From the NCBI GenBank assembly GCA_036785375.1, contig JAWMAR010000048.1:7626001-7690000 (forward strand): a stretch of 64,000 nt of DNA. Direction: 5' to 3'. Source of the DNA: Leucoraja ocellata (lineage: Eukaryota). Positions 63,488 through 64,000 of this stretch are shown here, in pieces (positions within the stretch are counted from its first letter, which is position 1; each line of letters begins with the position of its first letter). Below the pieces are notes generated by a model. The model was not told the origin of the DNA, did not search any database, and was given only the letters and a program-made list of their open reading frames with translations. The position numbers and the translations under genes are program-made.

Positions 63488-63767
63488 GACTGTCAAAGCT
63501 GCCACAGCCAGACATAAAAACTGTTTTTATCCACGAGTAGTTGCTCTACTCAACAGCCTAAAATCTGTAGCCTCCCTTTGATTTGGTATTTTGTTGGTTC
63601 ACATGCTTGAACAATGGTGTTTTATCATTAATGTTTTATTATTATTAATGTTTAGTGTTTTCTGAGTCATTTGTAACTGTCACTGTATGTCATGTTGTAA
63701 CTTGTGGGCGGATGACCAAGGCAAATTCCTTGTATGTGAATACTTGGCCAATAAACTTACTTACTTA
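63488..63767 (+). mobile_element. Rex1 3' end inserted in an old CR1 3' fragment (about 63400-64000)
   Basis: TVKAATARHKN.FYPRVVALLN; aataaa(CTTA)n tail. Confidence 0.88.
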
Positions 63768-64000
63768 GATGTGGAGTCGACATTTCCCTTGGCCTGGGCA
63801 ACAGTCTTAAAAGGACAGAGGTGAGGAGAAATTTGTTAACCTGGGAGGTAAAGAGTCTTTGAAATTCCTGATTCAAGTAGGCTGAAGACTTCATCGCTCA
63901 TGTACATTTAAGAGATTTTAACAGATTTTAATGAAGGGATATGGAATTACACCAGGAAGTTGGCTCAATATTAAACATCATTCATGATCTTAATGAATGG

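Noticed and set aside
1-64000. CRISPR array or prokaryotic operon
   Set aside because: No regularly spaced repeat-spacer array and no gene-dense coding; the sequence is vertebrate repeat-rich DNA

Overview
This is eukaryotic, vertebrate-type, repeat-rich non-coding DNA (large intron or gene desert). The repeat set (HE1-type V-SINEs, Deu-domain SINEs, abundant CR1, Rex1/Babar, L2, Penelope) points to a cartilaginous fish, probably a skate or ray; this is inference. I found no intact host protein-coding gene, and the recognisable long ORFs are decayed transposon fragments. The main observations are: (1) many short, ORF-less, fold-back Penelope-derived insertions with 8-16 bp target-site duplications (TSDs), several carrying minimal hammerhead ribozyme cores and forming a graded centre-deletion series; (2) a 1402-bp TG..CA solo LTR with a 4-bp TSD and recognisable promoter/polyA signals, nested in Rex1 inside CR1; (3) two unrelated DNA transposons with 7-bp TSDs, one carrying several retroelement pieces and one splitting a Penelope GIY-YIG domain; (4) a degenerate ZFP36/TTP-family CCCH zinc-finger pseudogene; (5) Harbinger and hAT MITEs, a Tc1 element and a Helitron-like element; (6) repeat-poor AT-rich blocks that may be conserved enhancers. 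There is an assembly gap at 21472-21614. Family names come from motif recognition by eye, not database searches; boundaries without a quoted TSD are approximate.
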